In this document: one piece after another, positions 13,750 to 25,883 of the stretch
Position numbering within the stretch: position 1 is the first letter of the stretch
How the letters are laid out: the number at the start of each line of letters is the position of its first letter
Assembly: GCA_963575745.1 (NCBI GenBank)
Contig: CAUYUJ010000229.1
Location: 62,001-116,571, forward strand
DNA from: Prorocentrum cordatum
Taxonomy: Eukaryota
Length of the DNA: 54,571 bases
Direction: 5' to 3'
Notes under the pieces: generated by a model
Seen by the model: the letters and a program-made list of their open reading frames with translations, nothing else
Told to the model about the DNA's origin: nothing
The model's database searches: none
Made by a program: the position numbers and the translations under genes

Positions 13750-15788
13750 TAACTCGTAGAGCTTCCCTTAGCTAGTTGCTGGAAGCTTAAGAGTAATTCC
13801 GGGGCGCTGGAGAGCTAGTTGGCAAGAAAAATCTCGACGGACCTTTTGCTGACTTTTGGTCGGTTGAAAATAACTGTAATTCTGGCGCGCTGGAGAGCTA
13901 GTTGGCAAGAAAAATCTTGACGGACCCTTTGGTGACTTTTGCTCGGTTGAAAATTTTGTTCTCGAAATTCCTCAATTCGTTTGAGCTCTAGTTTTTTTCC
14001 CATGATATTCGATCTTATTCCCGCTCGCCGTCCTGATCTCAGCTCGATCGGGTACCTTTTACTGCCAGAAAGCAGGCCGGCGGGATCGGCCGTTTCGAGT
14101 CATCTCGACAGGCGTTGCCGGTTTTTTGTATTTAATTCGAGCTATAGGACAGCTGCAGAGCTGATACTTACAGAAACCGATCTAGAATAATGAGGCGCGT
14201 TTGTCTGCTGAATCCAGAGCTCTGAACTCGGTCTGCTGCCCGAGCTAGGTCCGCGAAACTATTCGTATTGTTCGAGTCATCTTGAGAGGTGCTGTCGGTT
14301 TTCTGCACTTAACTCGGGCTGTAGGGGGGCTACAACAGGAATCGATTTGGAGACATCGTCGCGTTCGCCTGTCGCATTCAGATGTCTGAACTCGGTCTGC
14401 TACTCGAGCTAGGTTCGCGAAACTATTCGTATTGTTCGAGTCATCTTGAGAGGTGCTGTCGGTTTTCTGCACTTAACTCGGGCTGTAGGAGAGCTACAGA
14501 GCTGATACGCACAGAAACAGATTCGATATCATCGTGCGCGTTCGTCTGTTGCATCCAGAGGTCTGAACTGGGTTTGCTGCTCGGGCTAGGTCCGCAAAAC
14601 TATTCGTATTCTTCAAGTCGGCAGATGTTGTCCCTTTTCTGTATTTAACTCGGGCTGTACGATAGTTACGAGCTGGTACGCACAGAAAACGATGCAGAAG
14701 CATCAGGGGCGTTCGGCTGTTGCATCGAGAGGTCTGAAATCGCTCGGGCTGAAAAACTATTTGTTCTCTGCATTTTTTTGACATTATATGTGGTCAGGAA
14801 GCTCCGCGAGTCCCCCGGCGGTAAGAAAGGTTGACGGTTTACCGCCGGCGCCCATTTTTGTTTTCGAAATTGAGCCATTCGTTAGAGCACTAGTATTTTT
14901 TCTGACCATATTCGATCTTATTCCCGCTCGCGTCTCAATCTCAGCTCGATCGGCTACCTTTTACTGTCAAAAAGCGTTGCGGCGGGATCGGCCGTTTCGA
15001 CTCATCTTGACATACGTTGTCGGTTTTTTGTACTTAACTCGAGCTGTAGGACAGCTACCTGAGACTTACAGAAACCGATTCAGAATCATCATGCGCGTTC
15101 GTCCTTGTCATCCAGAGGTCTGAAATTTGTCTGCTACTCGAGCTAGGTCCGCGCAACTATTCGTATTATTCGAGTCATCTTGACAGGTATTGTCGGTGTT
15201 CTATACTTACTTCGAGCTGTATGACAACTACAGAGCTGATACTTACAGAAAAAGAGTCTAAATAATCAGGCGCGTTCGTCGGTTGCATCTAGAGGTCTGA
15301 ATTTGGTCTGCTACTCGTGCTAGGGCCGCGAACCTATTCGTATTAGTCGAGTTATCTTGACAGGTGCTGGACTTAACTCGATCTGTAGTACAGCCACAAA
15401 GCTGATTTTTACAGATATTCATTCAGAATCATCAGGCGCGTTCATCTGTTCCATCCAGAGGTCTGAACTTAGTCTAATACTCGAGCTAGGTCCGCGAACC
15501 TATTTGTATTATTCGAGTTATCTTCACACATGCTGTCGGTTCCCTGTACTAAACTCGGAATGAGGAGAGGCACGCAGATGAATAGGTTCAGCATCAGACG
15601 CGTGCGTCTGGTGCATCTAGAGCTCTTGGCAATTCTCAAATATATCTAAAAGCCCTGAGATCAGGCTATTAGTGCTGAGGCTGAACAACTAATCGTGCTC
15701 TGTCAATTATTTGGACCTAGTACATGCAAGGAAGCTCTACGAGTCTCCCGGCGGTAAGAAAGGTTGAAGGTTTACCGCCGGCGCCCAG
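13750..15788 (+). mobile_element. Middle family-A element of the triple nest
   Basis: Interrupts the outer element at CAAGAACAA^TCTCGACGGACC. Confidence 0.75.
13871..14855 (+). mobile_element. Inner family-A element (internally deleted near the 5' end) of the triple nest
   Basis: Interrupts the middle element at GGTTGAAAA^TTTTGTTTTCGAAATT. Starts TAACT and ends hairpin-CGCCCAT. Confidence 0.65.
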
Positions 15789-15994
15789 TCTCGACGGACC
15801 TTTTGCTGACTTTTGGTCGGTTGAAAATTTTGTTTTCGAAATTCAACCATTCGTTTGAGTTCTAGTATTTTTTCTCATCATATTCGATCTTATTCCCGCT
15901 CGCCGTCTTGATCTCAGCTGGATCGGGTACCTTTTACTGCCAAAAACCAGGCAGGCGGGATCGGCCGTTTCGAGTCATCTCGACAGGCGTTGTC

Positions 15995-16084
<90 letters not shown>

Positions 16085-17284
16085 CTTTTTTTTTCTTTTT
16101 TTTTTCTCCTCTTAACTCGAGCTATAGGACAGGTACAGAGCTGATACTTACAGAAACCGATTCAAAATGATGGGGCGCGTTTGTCTGTTGACTCCAGAAC
16201 ACCTCTGAACTCGGTCTGCTGCCCGAGCTAGGTCCGCGAGACTATTCGTATTGTTCGAGTCATCTTGAGAGGTGCTGTCGGTTTTCTGCACTTAACTCGG
16301 GCTGTAGGGCGGCTACAGGGCTGGTCATCACAGGAATCGATTTGGAGACATCAGGCGCGTCCGCCTGTCGCATTCAGAGGTCTAAACTCGGTCTGCTACT
16401 CGAGCTAGGTTCGCGAAACTATTCGTATTGTTCGAGTCATCTTGCGAGGTGCTGTCGATTTTCGCACGTAACTCGGGCTGTAGGATAGCTACAGAGCTGA
16501 TGCGCACAGAAACTGACTCGATATCATCGTGCGCGTTCGTCTGTTGCATCCAGAGGTCTGAGCTCGGCTTGCTACTCGGGCTAGGTCTGCAAAACTGTTC
16601 GTATTCTTCAAGTCACCTTGGCAGATGTTGTCCCTCTTCTGTATTGAACTCGGGCTGCAGGGTAGCTACGAGCTGGTACGCACAGAAAACGATCCAGAAG
16701 CATCAGGGGCGTTCGGCTGTTGCATCGAGAGGTCTGAAATCGCTCGGGCTGAAAAAAAATTCGTTCTCTCCAATTTTTTTGATATTATATATGGTCAGGA
16801 AGCTCTACGAGTCCCCCGGCGGCAAGAAAGGTTGACGGTTTACCGCCGGCGCCCAGTGGCGCGGTGGTGGCCGTGCTGCCGTGACGGCCGTGGTAGCCGC
16901 GGTGTACCTCGTAGAGCTCTTCGGCATCGGTGAGCTAGAGGAATTTCAGCGCGGGGTGGAGCTAGTTGGCTGACCCGGCCCGGGCGGACAATGTGCTACC
17001 GTGGGGGCGGTTTTCCGGAGATTGTGAGGGGATTTTAAAAATTCGTACCCAGAACTGGCATGCTCCGCGCCTGTATTGGGTTACGCCGCGTCTGCCAGTA
17101 AAAGTCCCAGGTCCGTAGCTGCAGTATTTCTATCAAAGCACTTAGCAACCGAGCTTGGATGAAAACGGAAAAAATGTAAAGAGTTTTTCAGCTCACGCTT
17201 CAGGAAGCTCCCCCCCATGTGTTCCAAGCAGCGCCGCGCGAGAAAAGAGCTCTGAGAGGCTCCCGGCGGTAACCTGGTTGACGG

Positions 17285-19021
17285 AGATGGAGGTACTTGG
17301 GGCTCACATTTGTTCTGAACTACATGTGAATGAGCATCCAGATTTGGATGCTAGTATTGACTCCGCTCGAAGGGCTTTCTGGGGTCAGGCTACTTTCTTC
17401 CGCTCCACGGCCATTCCGCTGAAAGATAAGTATGAGAGGTATGCACAGAGGGTTCAGAGTATTGTTCTTGACGCTGCAGAAGGATGTACGGTTGATTCTT
17501 AATCATTGAGTGCCCTTCATATCTTTGAGGGTAACTGCCTGGCTGTCATGTGTCGCTGTGTACGGAGGGAGGAGGGAAGTTATCAGGAGTGGAACACGAG
17601 GAGATATGAATGAGCGAGGCAAAAATTTCATGATGCACAGTATGTGAGTATTGTACATATGTTCCTCAGAGTGCACTGGATGTGGGCTATCGACGTGTAT
17701 GATTTTGCCCAGAGGCTGGTCACGGACCAGGAGGCGCTGGAGGCGAATTCGACAAGAGCTTGGAGAGATTCTCGTTTCTCATGCCTGGCGTTTGGCCGGC
17801 TGTGGGATAGAACGAGAACAGATTCAAGCGAGGCTCTCAGATGTTGGGGGAAATGGAAGGAAGCCAGCTCACTGAAACGACATCGTGGGGGACAGGAGAG
17901 TGTAGGACTTCGTTCATGGTGTTATTCTTTGGAATCGCTTTATGGCTTATCCTGGTGGGAGTCCTTTGTTGGAAGCTTTGAACATTTCCTGGATTTTGCT
18001 GCGCATGTTTGTTCTAGTAGTATGTTGAAGTATTTCCAGAAGAAATGCAAAGGCCTGGCGTCTTCGGGGGTGCCTGTGTTCTTGAATATGGATGAGGATG
18101 GAGGGGTTCATATCGGTCAGGATCGGGAGGACACACCAGCATATGGGGAACGACTTAGCAAACGTATCGCGCTGCATAACATGCGTTGTACACAGTGGGA
18201 CCTGGAAGCGGGTGGGATACCATTGGACATCCAGGGGGACTCACTGCTTGTGATCAACTGGCTCTGTGGGAAAGGGAAAGTATTAGCTCAGGTATATCAG
18301 AGAAGGGTAGACACTCTGATAAATAAGTTGGACGAGATGCAGGATTTATGCTCGGTGAGGCCTCCAGAGGCTGGCCGTGATTTCTTCTCTCATTATTTTC
18401 GGGAATGGAACCAAAGGGCTGACTTGCTGACTCATCCGGCCCGTCAGGGCCATGTGTACGCCGATTTGTTTTACCTCAGTGATTTCGAATCTCAGTGTTT
18501 TACTCCTTGCCTTATCAAAGCTGGCTTTGATGGGGGTGTATGCAGCCGCGGAAGCACCCGTGGCGTGTGGATACAGATAGGTCTGCGTAACAAGTACATC
18601 TTTTCGCGGACCGACATCGCTTTCAAGGATGTGTATCTCGCAGCTTGGTGCTTGCCACCAAGTGCCACGGTGACAGATGCAGAGTTATCAGCGGCGGGGC
18701 GTATATGTGATGTGTTCCCACAGGTTGTGCAGGACTTCTTTGGTCATTCGCAGTGATAAGTCGCACTTTGTTTCATCTCGCACAATTTCTTCTTGTATAT
18801 TCTAACAGCTTTGCTGCATTGTTTGTTCTTTCTTGTTATTCTGTGTGCTTTGCGATTGATTGTGTCATTGCAGGCTTTTGATTCTCTTCGTTCCAACAGC
18901 TTCGGTGATGTGAAATAAGAGCTGACTGCTTGCGTGACGAATAAGAGGTTCTGATTCGCCTGAGACTGCGTTGGACCTGGCCTCAGTGGCCAAGACGGTC
19001 CCAGCAAAGACGCAACAAAAA
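17285..19021 (+). mobile_element. 5'-truncated non-LTR retrotransposon (LINE) with A-rich tail and 14-bp TSD
   Basis: TSD AACCTGGTTGACGG at 17271-17284 and 19022-19035. Tail GCAACAAAAA. Coding remnant inside. Confidence 0.88.
17287..18756 (+). pseudogene. C-terminal part of LINE ORF2: RT thumb region plus RNase H-like domain, with two in-frame stops (17500, 17611)
   Basis: MEVLG...ARRAFW resembles the post-RT thumb. RNase H motifs GDSLLV, HYFREWNQRADLL, FDGG and DAEL are all in one frame. Confidence 0.75.
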
Positions 19022-20159
19022 AACCTGGTTGACGGTTTACCGCCGGCTCCGAGTAATTCCGGCGCGCTGGGGGGCTAGTTGGCAAAGAAATTTCGACGGA
19101 AGTTTTTGTCTTTTTTTGACAAATTCGATTTATCGGAATTCAACAGGTCGTTAGAGCTCTTGTATTTTTCCCACCCATCTTCGATCTTATTCCCGCTCGC
19201 CGTCTTAACCTCAGCTCGATCGGGTACCTATTACTGCCAAAAAGCACCCAGGCGGGATCGGCTGTTTCGAGTCATCTTGACAGGTGCTGTCGGTTTTCTG
19301 TGCTTAACTCGAGCTGTAGGATAGCTACAGAGCTGGTAGGCACACTTAATCGATCTATAATCGTCAGGCGCGTTCGTCCAAAGTATCCGGATGTCTGGAC
19401 TGTGTCTGCTACTCGAGCTAGGCCCGCGAAGCTATTCGTATTCTATTAGTTTTTTTTTGAGATGATGATGAGTTTCTTGACTTTGCTGGAGCTGCAGATC
19501 AGCAACAGAGCTCTTTGGCACAGCAATCGGAAGGACATCATGAGGCGCGATAGTCTGACGTATCTAGACGCCTGAAATCGGTCTGCTATCAGCGCTAGAG
19601 CCGCAAAGCTATGTGTGCTCTGCTATTGTTTTGGGAAATGGTGATGGTTTTCTTGACTTGAAACGAGCTGCAGCTGAGCTACAGAGCTGTTCAGCACCAC
19701 ATTCGACAGGAAATCATCAGGCGCGCTCATTGAAAGTATCTAGACGCCTGAGATCAGTCTGCTTTCAGCGCTGGGGCTGAAACGCTATTCGTACTCTGCA
19801 TTTTTTTGGAGATGTTGATGGTTTTCTTGACTTAACTCGAGCTGCAGATGAGCTACAGAGCTGTTCGGCACGTCAATCGGAAGGAAATCATCAGGCGCGC
19901 TAGTTGAAAGTATCTAGACGCAGGATCTACAGAGCTCTTTGGCACGGCAACCGGCAGGAACTAATCGGGCGCGCTAGTTTAAAGTATCTAGACGCCTGAA
20001 CTCGGTCCGCCATCAGCGCTGGGGCCGAAACACTATTCGTACCCTGCTCATTGTTTAGAGATTGTGATGGTTCTCTTACTCTGTTCGGCACAGCAATCGG
20101 AAGGAAATCAACAGGCGCCCTAGCTCAAAGTGTCCAGACGCCTGAACTCGGTCTGGTAT

Positions 20160-20562
20160 GTCTCCTATTTTTTCCAGATGTGCTTTTCCCTCGCACCTTC
20201 TTCTCCTCCACGTCCTCCTCCATGAGACCGGGCCCTCGCGCGCGCAATGCGAGATTGCCGCGCCCGCGTTGCACGAGGAAGCTCTAGAATGCAGTAAAAC
20301 GGCATTGTATGGCCGTGGAACACGTTTTGGGTAGCGTTTCAACCAGCTCTTACACCATTCTCTAACCTGTTCCAACACCTTTGCATTCTCACATGTTGTG
20401 CTGCATCCTTTTCCTTGTTCCTGCATCCTATTCCGATGCCTATGCCTCAGTGGCTCGGCAGTGTGATGATAAGAGGTGCCTTCTCTAGCTACCCTGTGCT
20501 CCGTTTGGGGGTCTTAGGGCTCAGCTGTCACAGCTGTCCGCGCCCTGACTCAAACTCAAAAA
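20160..20562 (+). mobile_element. Possible 3' fragment of a second A-tailed retroelement ending in a Helitron hairpin loop
   Basis: Unique sequence ending TCAAACTCAAAAAAA, followed directly by CCAAGGTTAACGGTCTACCGCCGG (right half of the hairpin). No left TSD is visible. Confidence 0.4.
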
Positions 20563-21734
20563 AACCAAGGTTAACGGTCTACCGCCGGCTCCCAGTTTGA
20601 AAGATATCTAACCATTTATTTTGAGATATAAGATTTTTACGTCCAGCATTAGTGTTAACAATTTATTCTGAGAGAGAATCAGCTCTAGAAAGAGTTTTAC
20701 TATCAAAAAATTTGGAGGAACCGACATCTGGTAGACACCGAAAAATACATTTTTTGTTTTTTGTTTTTGTTCTAGATGCTCCGAGAAGCAATCTGCTTCG
20801 ATTCTGAGCACTCTTACGCGTGCAAGGAGCTCCACGAGGTTCCCGGCGGTGACCAGTTTGACGGTTCACCGCCGTCGCCAGTACGAGTTTCCGGCGGTAA
20901 ACAAGGTTCACGGAAAACCGCCGACTCCCATTTGTAGGGGTGAGCGCTACGCAGTTTGTTCGGTGTCACAAAAACGGACCGGGGAACCACTTTTCCAGGT
21001 CACCCCGCCGCTTGCGCCGCAGTTCGCCGCGTTGCCTGTGCTGGGTTCGGTTGGGGGGGTGCGTTTGGGCTGCCTCGCCTGAGGTCTTATCGACAGGAAT
21101 TCCGGCGCGGGGTGGAGCTAGTTGGTCGACCCGACCAGAAAGGACAATGTGACAACTTGGGCTCGGTTTTGCTAAGGTTTGGAAAAAATTGACAATTTAT
21201 TTTGAGAAACCAGACTTCTCGCACCTGTGAAAGACTATGAGGGCCTCTGCGTCTTAATGTGAGCTCGGTAGGCGCACTTTTACTATCAAAATACTTGGCG
21301 GAGCCAACTTCATGTCGACATGAAAACTACAAAATTGAAGATTTCACGAAAATCTTCTGCGAAGTTCTCTGCTTCGATTCTGAGCACTCTTACGCGCGCA
21401 AGGAGCTCTAAGAGGTTCCCGGCGGTGACCAGGTTGACGGTTCACCGCCGGCGCCAGTCCGGGTCACCCCGCCGCAGTTCGCCGCGTTGCTTGTGCTGGG
21501 GTCGGTTGGGGGGGTGCGTTTGGGTTGCCTCGCCTCAGGTCTTCTTGGACTTCGTGTTCCTCGTCTTGCTCGTGTCCCTTACCCACGTCTCCCTGCGGTG
21601 GGGGGGAGGGTAAGTATACTCCCGCGTCGCGCGCGCCGCCCTGTGGGCGCTTTACGGCCGAACGCGAGGCCGGCGCCTTCGGTGCGCGCGTGGTCGGGCC
21701 GCTCTAGCGGCTTTTGCTCCCTTGACTGTTCCAG

Positions 21735-22320
21735 TGTGACCGTGCCAATGAGGCCGTGTCAATGTGACCGTGCCTCGGCCGTGTCAATGCGACGGTGCCA
21801 ATACGATCGTGTCAGTGTGACCGCGTTGAGCCCGTTTCAATGTGACCGTGCCTGAGCCGTGTCAATGCGACCGTCCAATACGACCGTGTCAGTGTGATCA
21901 TGTCTATAAGGCCGTGTCAATGCGACCGTGCCGTGGCCGTGTCAATGCGACCATGCCAATGCGACCGTGTCAGTGTGACCATGTCAGTGAGGCCGTGTCA
22001 ATGTGACCGTGCCAGGGCCGTGCCAATGCGACCGTGCCAATGCGACCGTGTCAATGCGGCCGCGTCTTTAAGGCCGTGTTAATGCGACCGTGTCTTTTCG
22101 ATTGTGTCAATGCGACCGTGTCAGTAAATCCGTTTCGATGCGGCCGTGCCAATGAGGCCGTGTCAATGCGTCCGTGTTCTGTGGGGCGTGTCGAGGCGAG
22201 CGTGCCGTTGCGATCATGTCAACGCGTCCGTCTCTCGGCGACCGTATCAATGCGACTGCGTAAATGCGACCGCGACATTGACCGTGTCAGCGCGACCGTG
22301 TCAGTGCGACCGTGTCAATG
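21735..22320 (+). repeat. 14-bp minisatellite (CCGTGTCAATGCGA)n upstream of the gag relic
   Basis: Degenerate tandem copies are directly visible. Confidence 0.9.
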
Positions 22321-22501
22321 CTACCGAGACAGCGACCGGTCTCCGCCGCCCAGCATGTTGACATACATCAGGAGCAGCGCGCAATGATCGTTCTTACGCG
22401 ACGGAGCCAGCAGTGCGCGCAGGGAGAAGGCGCGAGCCGCGCACGCCGTGAGGCGCGCCGCTGCCGCACCAGCGATGTGCGCTGCAACGCCCGCGCTTTC
22501 C

Positions 22502-23473
22502 ATGGGCCTGGCTGATTTTCTTGCGGCCCATGATGAGACCAGCCGCGGCGTCGAGTGGCTTCGGCAGCGCGCAGTCCTGTGCCAGGCGCCGCGGCCGGTT
22601 GCGAATGCCGCCACGACGCGCCCGTGCCTCGCGCGCAGGACAATGAGTTGGCGTCAGTGCGCGATCTTGCGTTTGCAGATGCCGCCGCACTGCAAGGCAA
22701 CCCGTTCGCGGGTAAGCGTTCCTTCTTAGCCAGAGTGATGGCTGCCGCGAGATCTCTGACCGCGGAGGAACAGCGCGCGGCTAATCCGGCCAGCGCAGGC
22801 AGCGTGGCCGGGAACGGGTCAGCGCCTGAGCCGATGTGCCACGTGGACATCCAGGCGAAGTTGTAAGTAGGCGCTCTGAAGGATGTGGGCCAGGCGTTCT
22901 GGCCGCGGTCCGCGGCGGTCGACGCCCTCGAGTCGGACGTGAAGCGGCTGCAGCGTCGTGGCATCAGGCGGCCATTTGTGTTCGCTGACCTGAAGAAGTT
23001 CTTGCCGTTCGCAGAATCGAAGAGCGCGAAAGAGGAGGCTGATGAGGGCCCGCCCATGTCGCGGGACCTTCGCGACCTCGCGCGCGCTCGGCGTCGCGAA
23101 CCCAGTCAATGCGAAGTCGCTCACTTTCACGCAATGGCATCCCGCGCTCGACAGGTGCGCGCTTCTGCGCGCGGGGCGCGCGCATCCTAAAGCAACGGCG
23201 TCGTCCGAGCGCGTAGGTGCGCCATCGCTTGCTGCGCGGAGCAGATGTCGCTGGCTGCGACGTTTCGCCACCGCCAGAACGTCATGAAGGCCCGCTTATT
23301 TCCGTTGCTGTGCGGGTCCAGCGGCGCGGGTCCGATGCGTGCGCGGCGCGGCAGGTGGCCGCGCAAGCGCCCACTGCCAATCGGAGTGGCGTGCTGGGGC
23401 TCGTTTACGATGAGATTTGCCGGCGCACCTGGGCAGAGAGGTCTCGCGCCGGACATGATTCCTTCGACATCGT
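22502..23473 (+). pseudogene. Decayed gag-like gene of a related YR retrotransposon, with introns at 22586-22638, 23155-23216 and 23290-23354
   Basis: The spliced translation aligns almost gap-free with the spliced gag at 46647-48199 (HVDI..L, QWH, YDE..R..WAERSR.G). Stop at 22864-22866 and a frameshift at ~23085. Confidence 0.85.
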
Positions 23474-23474
23474 G

Positions 23475-23850
23475 CTGCCCTCAGTGGCCCCGTCGCTGAC
23501 CTCTGTGGCCCCGCATTATTTGCCCTTCGTGGTCCCTGCTCGCACGCGCCCGTCGTGGTCCCATACGCATGCCCTTCGTAGCCGGGCTGTCGCCTTTCGT
23601 GGCCCCCTCGCTGCCCTTCGTGGCCCGTTTGCTGCCCTCAGTGGCCCCGCTGTCGCCCTTTGTGGCCCCGTATACGAATGCCCTTCGTGGCTCCCGCTCG
23701 CTCCCGTCGTGGCCCCATATGCGTGCCTTTCGTGGCCCCGCTGTCGCCCTTTATGGCCCCCTCGCTGCCCTTCGTGGCCCTGGTGCTGCCCCCGGTGGCC
23801 GCGTCGCTGCCCTCTGTGGCTTTGTATTTGATGCCCTTCGTGGCCTACGC
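23475..23850 (+). repeat. ~21-bp tandem repeat (CTGCCCTTCGTGGCCCCCTCG-like)
   Basis: Directly visible. It truncates the gag relic. Confidence 0.85.
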
Positions 23851-24253
23851 TGGCTTTTCTCACGATGTACTTGGGAATCGCGCTATCGCTCGAGACTTCC
23901 TCGCGATTCATGCAGGACCCACGCTTCAGCAACCCTCCTGCTCGACCTCGTCGTCTGGGCCCGCCTTCCCGACTTGCCCGCTATGGGTCTGCTCACCCGA
24001 TCTGCGCGTCTGGTTATACCACATGTTTTCTGCTCATTGCCCTCCTGCTAATTTCTCTCGTGCTCCATTATTCTCCCCCCCCTTCCACCCGTCCTCTCTT
24101 CCCTTGCATTAGGGGCTGCACTAAATACACGTGGCAGGTAAGGAAGATATACCCCCAAGCGGGTAAGATCGAAGACGACGAGTGTGGGTACCGAGGGTCT
24201 GCGATTCACGTATTGATTAGTGCTTGAGCAGATAGGAGCGAACAGTCTTAAAC

Positions 24254-24323
24254 TTGTTGTTGTTGTGGTGGTGGTGGTTGTTTTTGTTTTTGTTTTTGTT
24301 TTTGTTGTTGTTGTTGCTGTTGC

Positions 24324-24364
<41 letters not shown>

Positions 24365-24370
24365 TTTGTT

Positions 24371-24423
<53 letters not shown>
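24254..24423. repeat. (GTT)n microsatellite
   Basis: Directly visible. Confidence 0.95.
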
Positions 24424-24845
24424 CTTTACCCCTCTGGCGCCAATTTGTTTTCTAGTTGAAATGCCCGTCCCGCAGCCCGCACACTAGTGGGGGCGCGCAT
24501 CAAGAAATGATTTGCTTTTCGTCAGGATACCCTGGGTTTTCTTCTCTCCGCGCGCTGCGCGGTGACATCCCGCGGCCGTCAAAGAGGCTGCTGCGGTCAG
24601 GGTGCTCTTGCATTCCCCTCAGGCGTACCTCGCGCGGGGGTTCTCGGGTTGGGTTTCTTGCGATGGTTTCTTGCGACCGCGCCCGCAGTGTATTTGTTGC
24701 AGCGGAGTGTCTTGGGCTTCGGTTTGCCCTGTCCTCCTCTTCCCCTCCCTCCTGCATGCCAGCCAATTCGCGTTGTAGTGCCCCTGCATCGCTGCTACGC
24801 TGGAGGGGATTGCCCCGCCTCGTTGCCGACGGAAAAAAGTCTTGG

Positions 24846-24999
24846 TAGGAGGCCACATGCGTACCCTACCCCTACTTCCCACGATTTCTGAGGGGGAGGG
24901 TGGGGTTCACTTCGTTTGGCAGCTCCCGAGCGAAGTGAACCCCACCCTCCCCTTCGGAAATCGTGGGGGGTAGGGGTAGGGTTCGCATCTGATCCCCTA
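24846..24999. mobile_element. 154-bp palindromic MITE, copy 1, with 5-bp TSD CTTGG
   Basis: Self-complementary around a central AGCT. CTTGG at 24841-24845 and 25000-25004. Confidence 0.88.
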
Positions 25000-25297
25000 C
25001 TTGGGCTTTGGACTGCGTGGTTGGCTCCGAACCGCAGGCAGCGGCTCCCGCCTCCATTTCCTAGGTGAGACGCTCCGACGGAGGCACCCGATGATCAGTA
25101 GGGAACAACAACACAGACACAATTAATCTTCGATTCCCCCGGAAATATGGGAACATATGGGAAGTGGGGGGAAGACGAAGACCCAGAAGGTATGGAAAAA
25201 TATGGGGAATTCTGGGATGTGTGTGTGTATTTATTTGTGTTTCCCTGGGCCCCTTTAGAGGAGGGCCTCCGTGGGCGACCCAGGCGGGATGTCCTTT

Positions 25298-25515
25298 TCC
25301 AAGAGGCCCGCCAAGAGGCCCCCCAAGAGCCCCAAACGGCCCCCAAGAGGCCCCCAAGAGGCCCCCAAGAGGCCCCCAAGAGGCGCCCAAGAGGCGCCCC
25401 CCAAGGCCTCCAAAGGCTCCCCCGAAAAGGCCCTACAAGAGGCCCGAGGAGGCCCCAGGACGGCCCCCAGGAGGCTTCAGAGCTGCCCCCAAGAGGCCCC
25501 CCAGAGGCCCCCCCC
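25298..25515. repeat. (CCAAGAGGCCC)-type 11/12-bp minisatellite
   Basis: Directly visible. Confidence 0.85.
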
Positions 25516-25883
25516 ACGAGACCCCGACGAACATCGAGCAGGCTTCAGAGCCACAGCCCAGGCGCGGTTGCGGGATGGGCCGCAGGCCATAGGATGAGCT
25601 CCCCCCTCCGGTGAACTGGGCCACCTGCTGCGAGAGCGGGCCAACTCCACGCCGCGTGGGCCTGCCGCAGAGGTTCCAACGACCTCCTCCTGAGGACGGA
25701 AGGCCGCGGCCGCCGCGCGCGGGGCGTGCGGCGGCGTGACCAGACGGCCCAGGCGTCCGCCTTCCTGTGCCGGACCGACCCCTCCTTCCCGACCCTCCCT
25801 CCTCCTGCTCTTCCTCCTCCCGTGCTCACCTCTTGCTCGAGCCCCTCCGGGGGTGCTCACACCAATGCTCTTTTCGTGACCTC

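Larger units (their letters stand above)
13668..16856 (+). mobile_element. Outer family-A element of a triple nested insertion
   Basis: TAACTCGTAGAGC start and hairpin-CCCAG end. Both flanks are GTGGCCG-type GC repeats. Confidence 0.75.
1..21460. repeat. Dense nest of non-autonomous Helitron/Helitron2-like elements (two related families, both orientations) carrying a ~176-bp tandem repeat
   Basis: Recurrent 5' ends TAACTCGTAGAGCTTCC (family A) or TACCTCGTAGAGCTCT (family B). Their reverse complement recurs subterminally, followed by the hairpin CCGGCGGT(A/G)A-N14-T(T/C)ACCGCCGG and a CCAG end. The short ORFs here are translations of the repeat. Confidence 0.8.

Noticed and set aside
1..21460. 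CRISPR array or protein-coding repeats
   Set aside because: The units are contiguous degenerate tandem copies without unique spacers, there are no cas genes, and the ORFs are short repeat translations in inconsistent frames.
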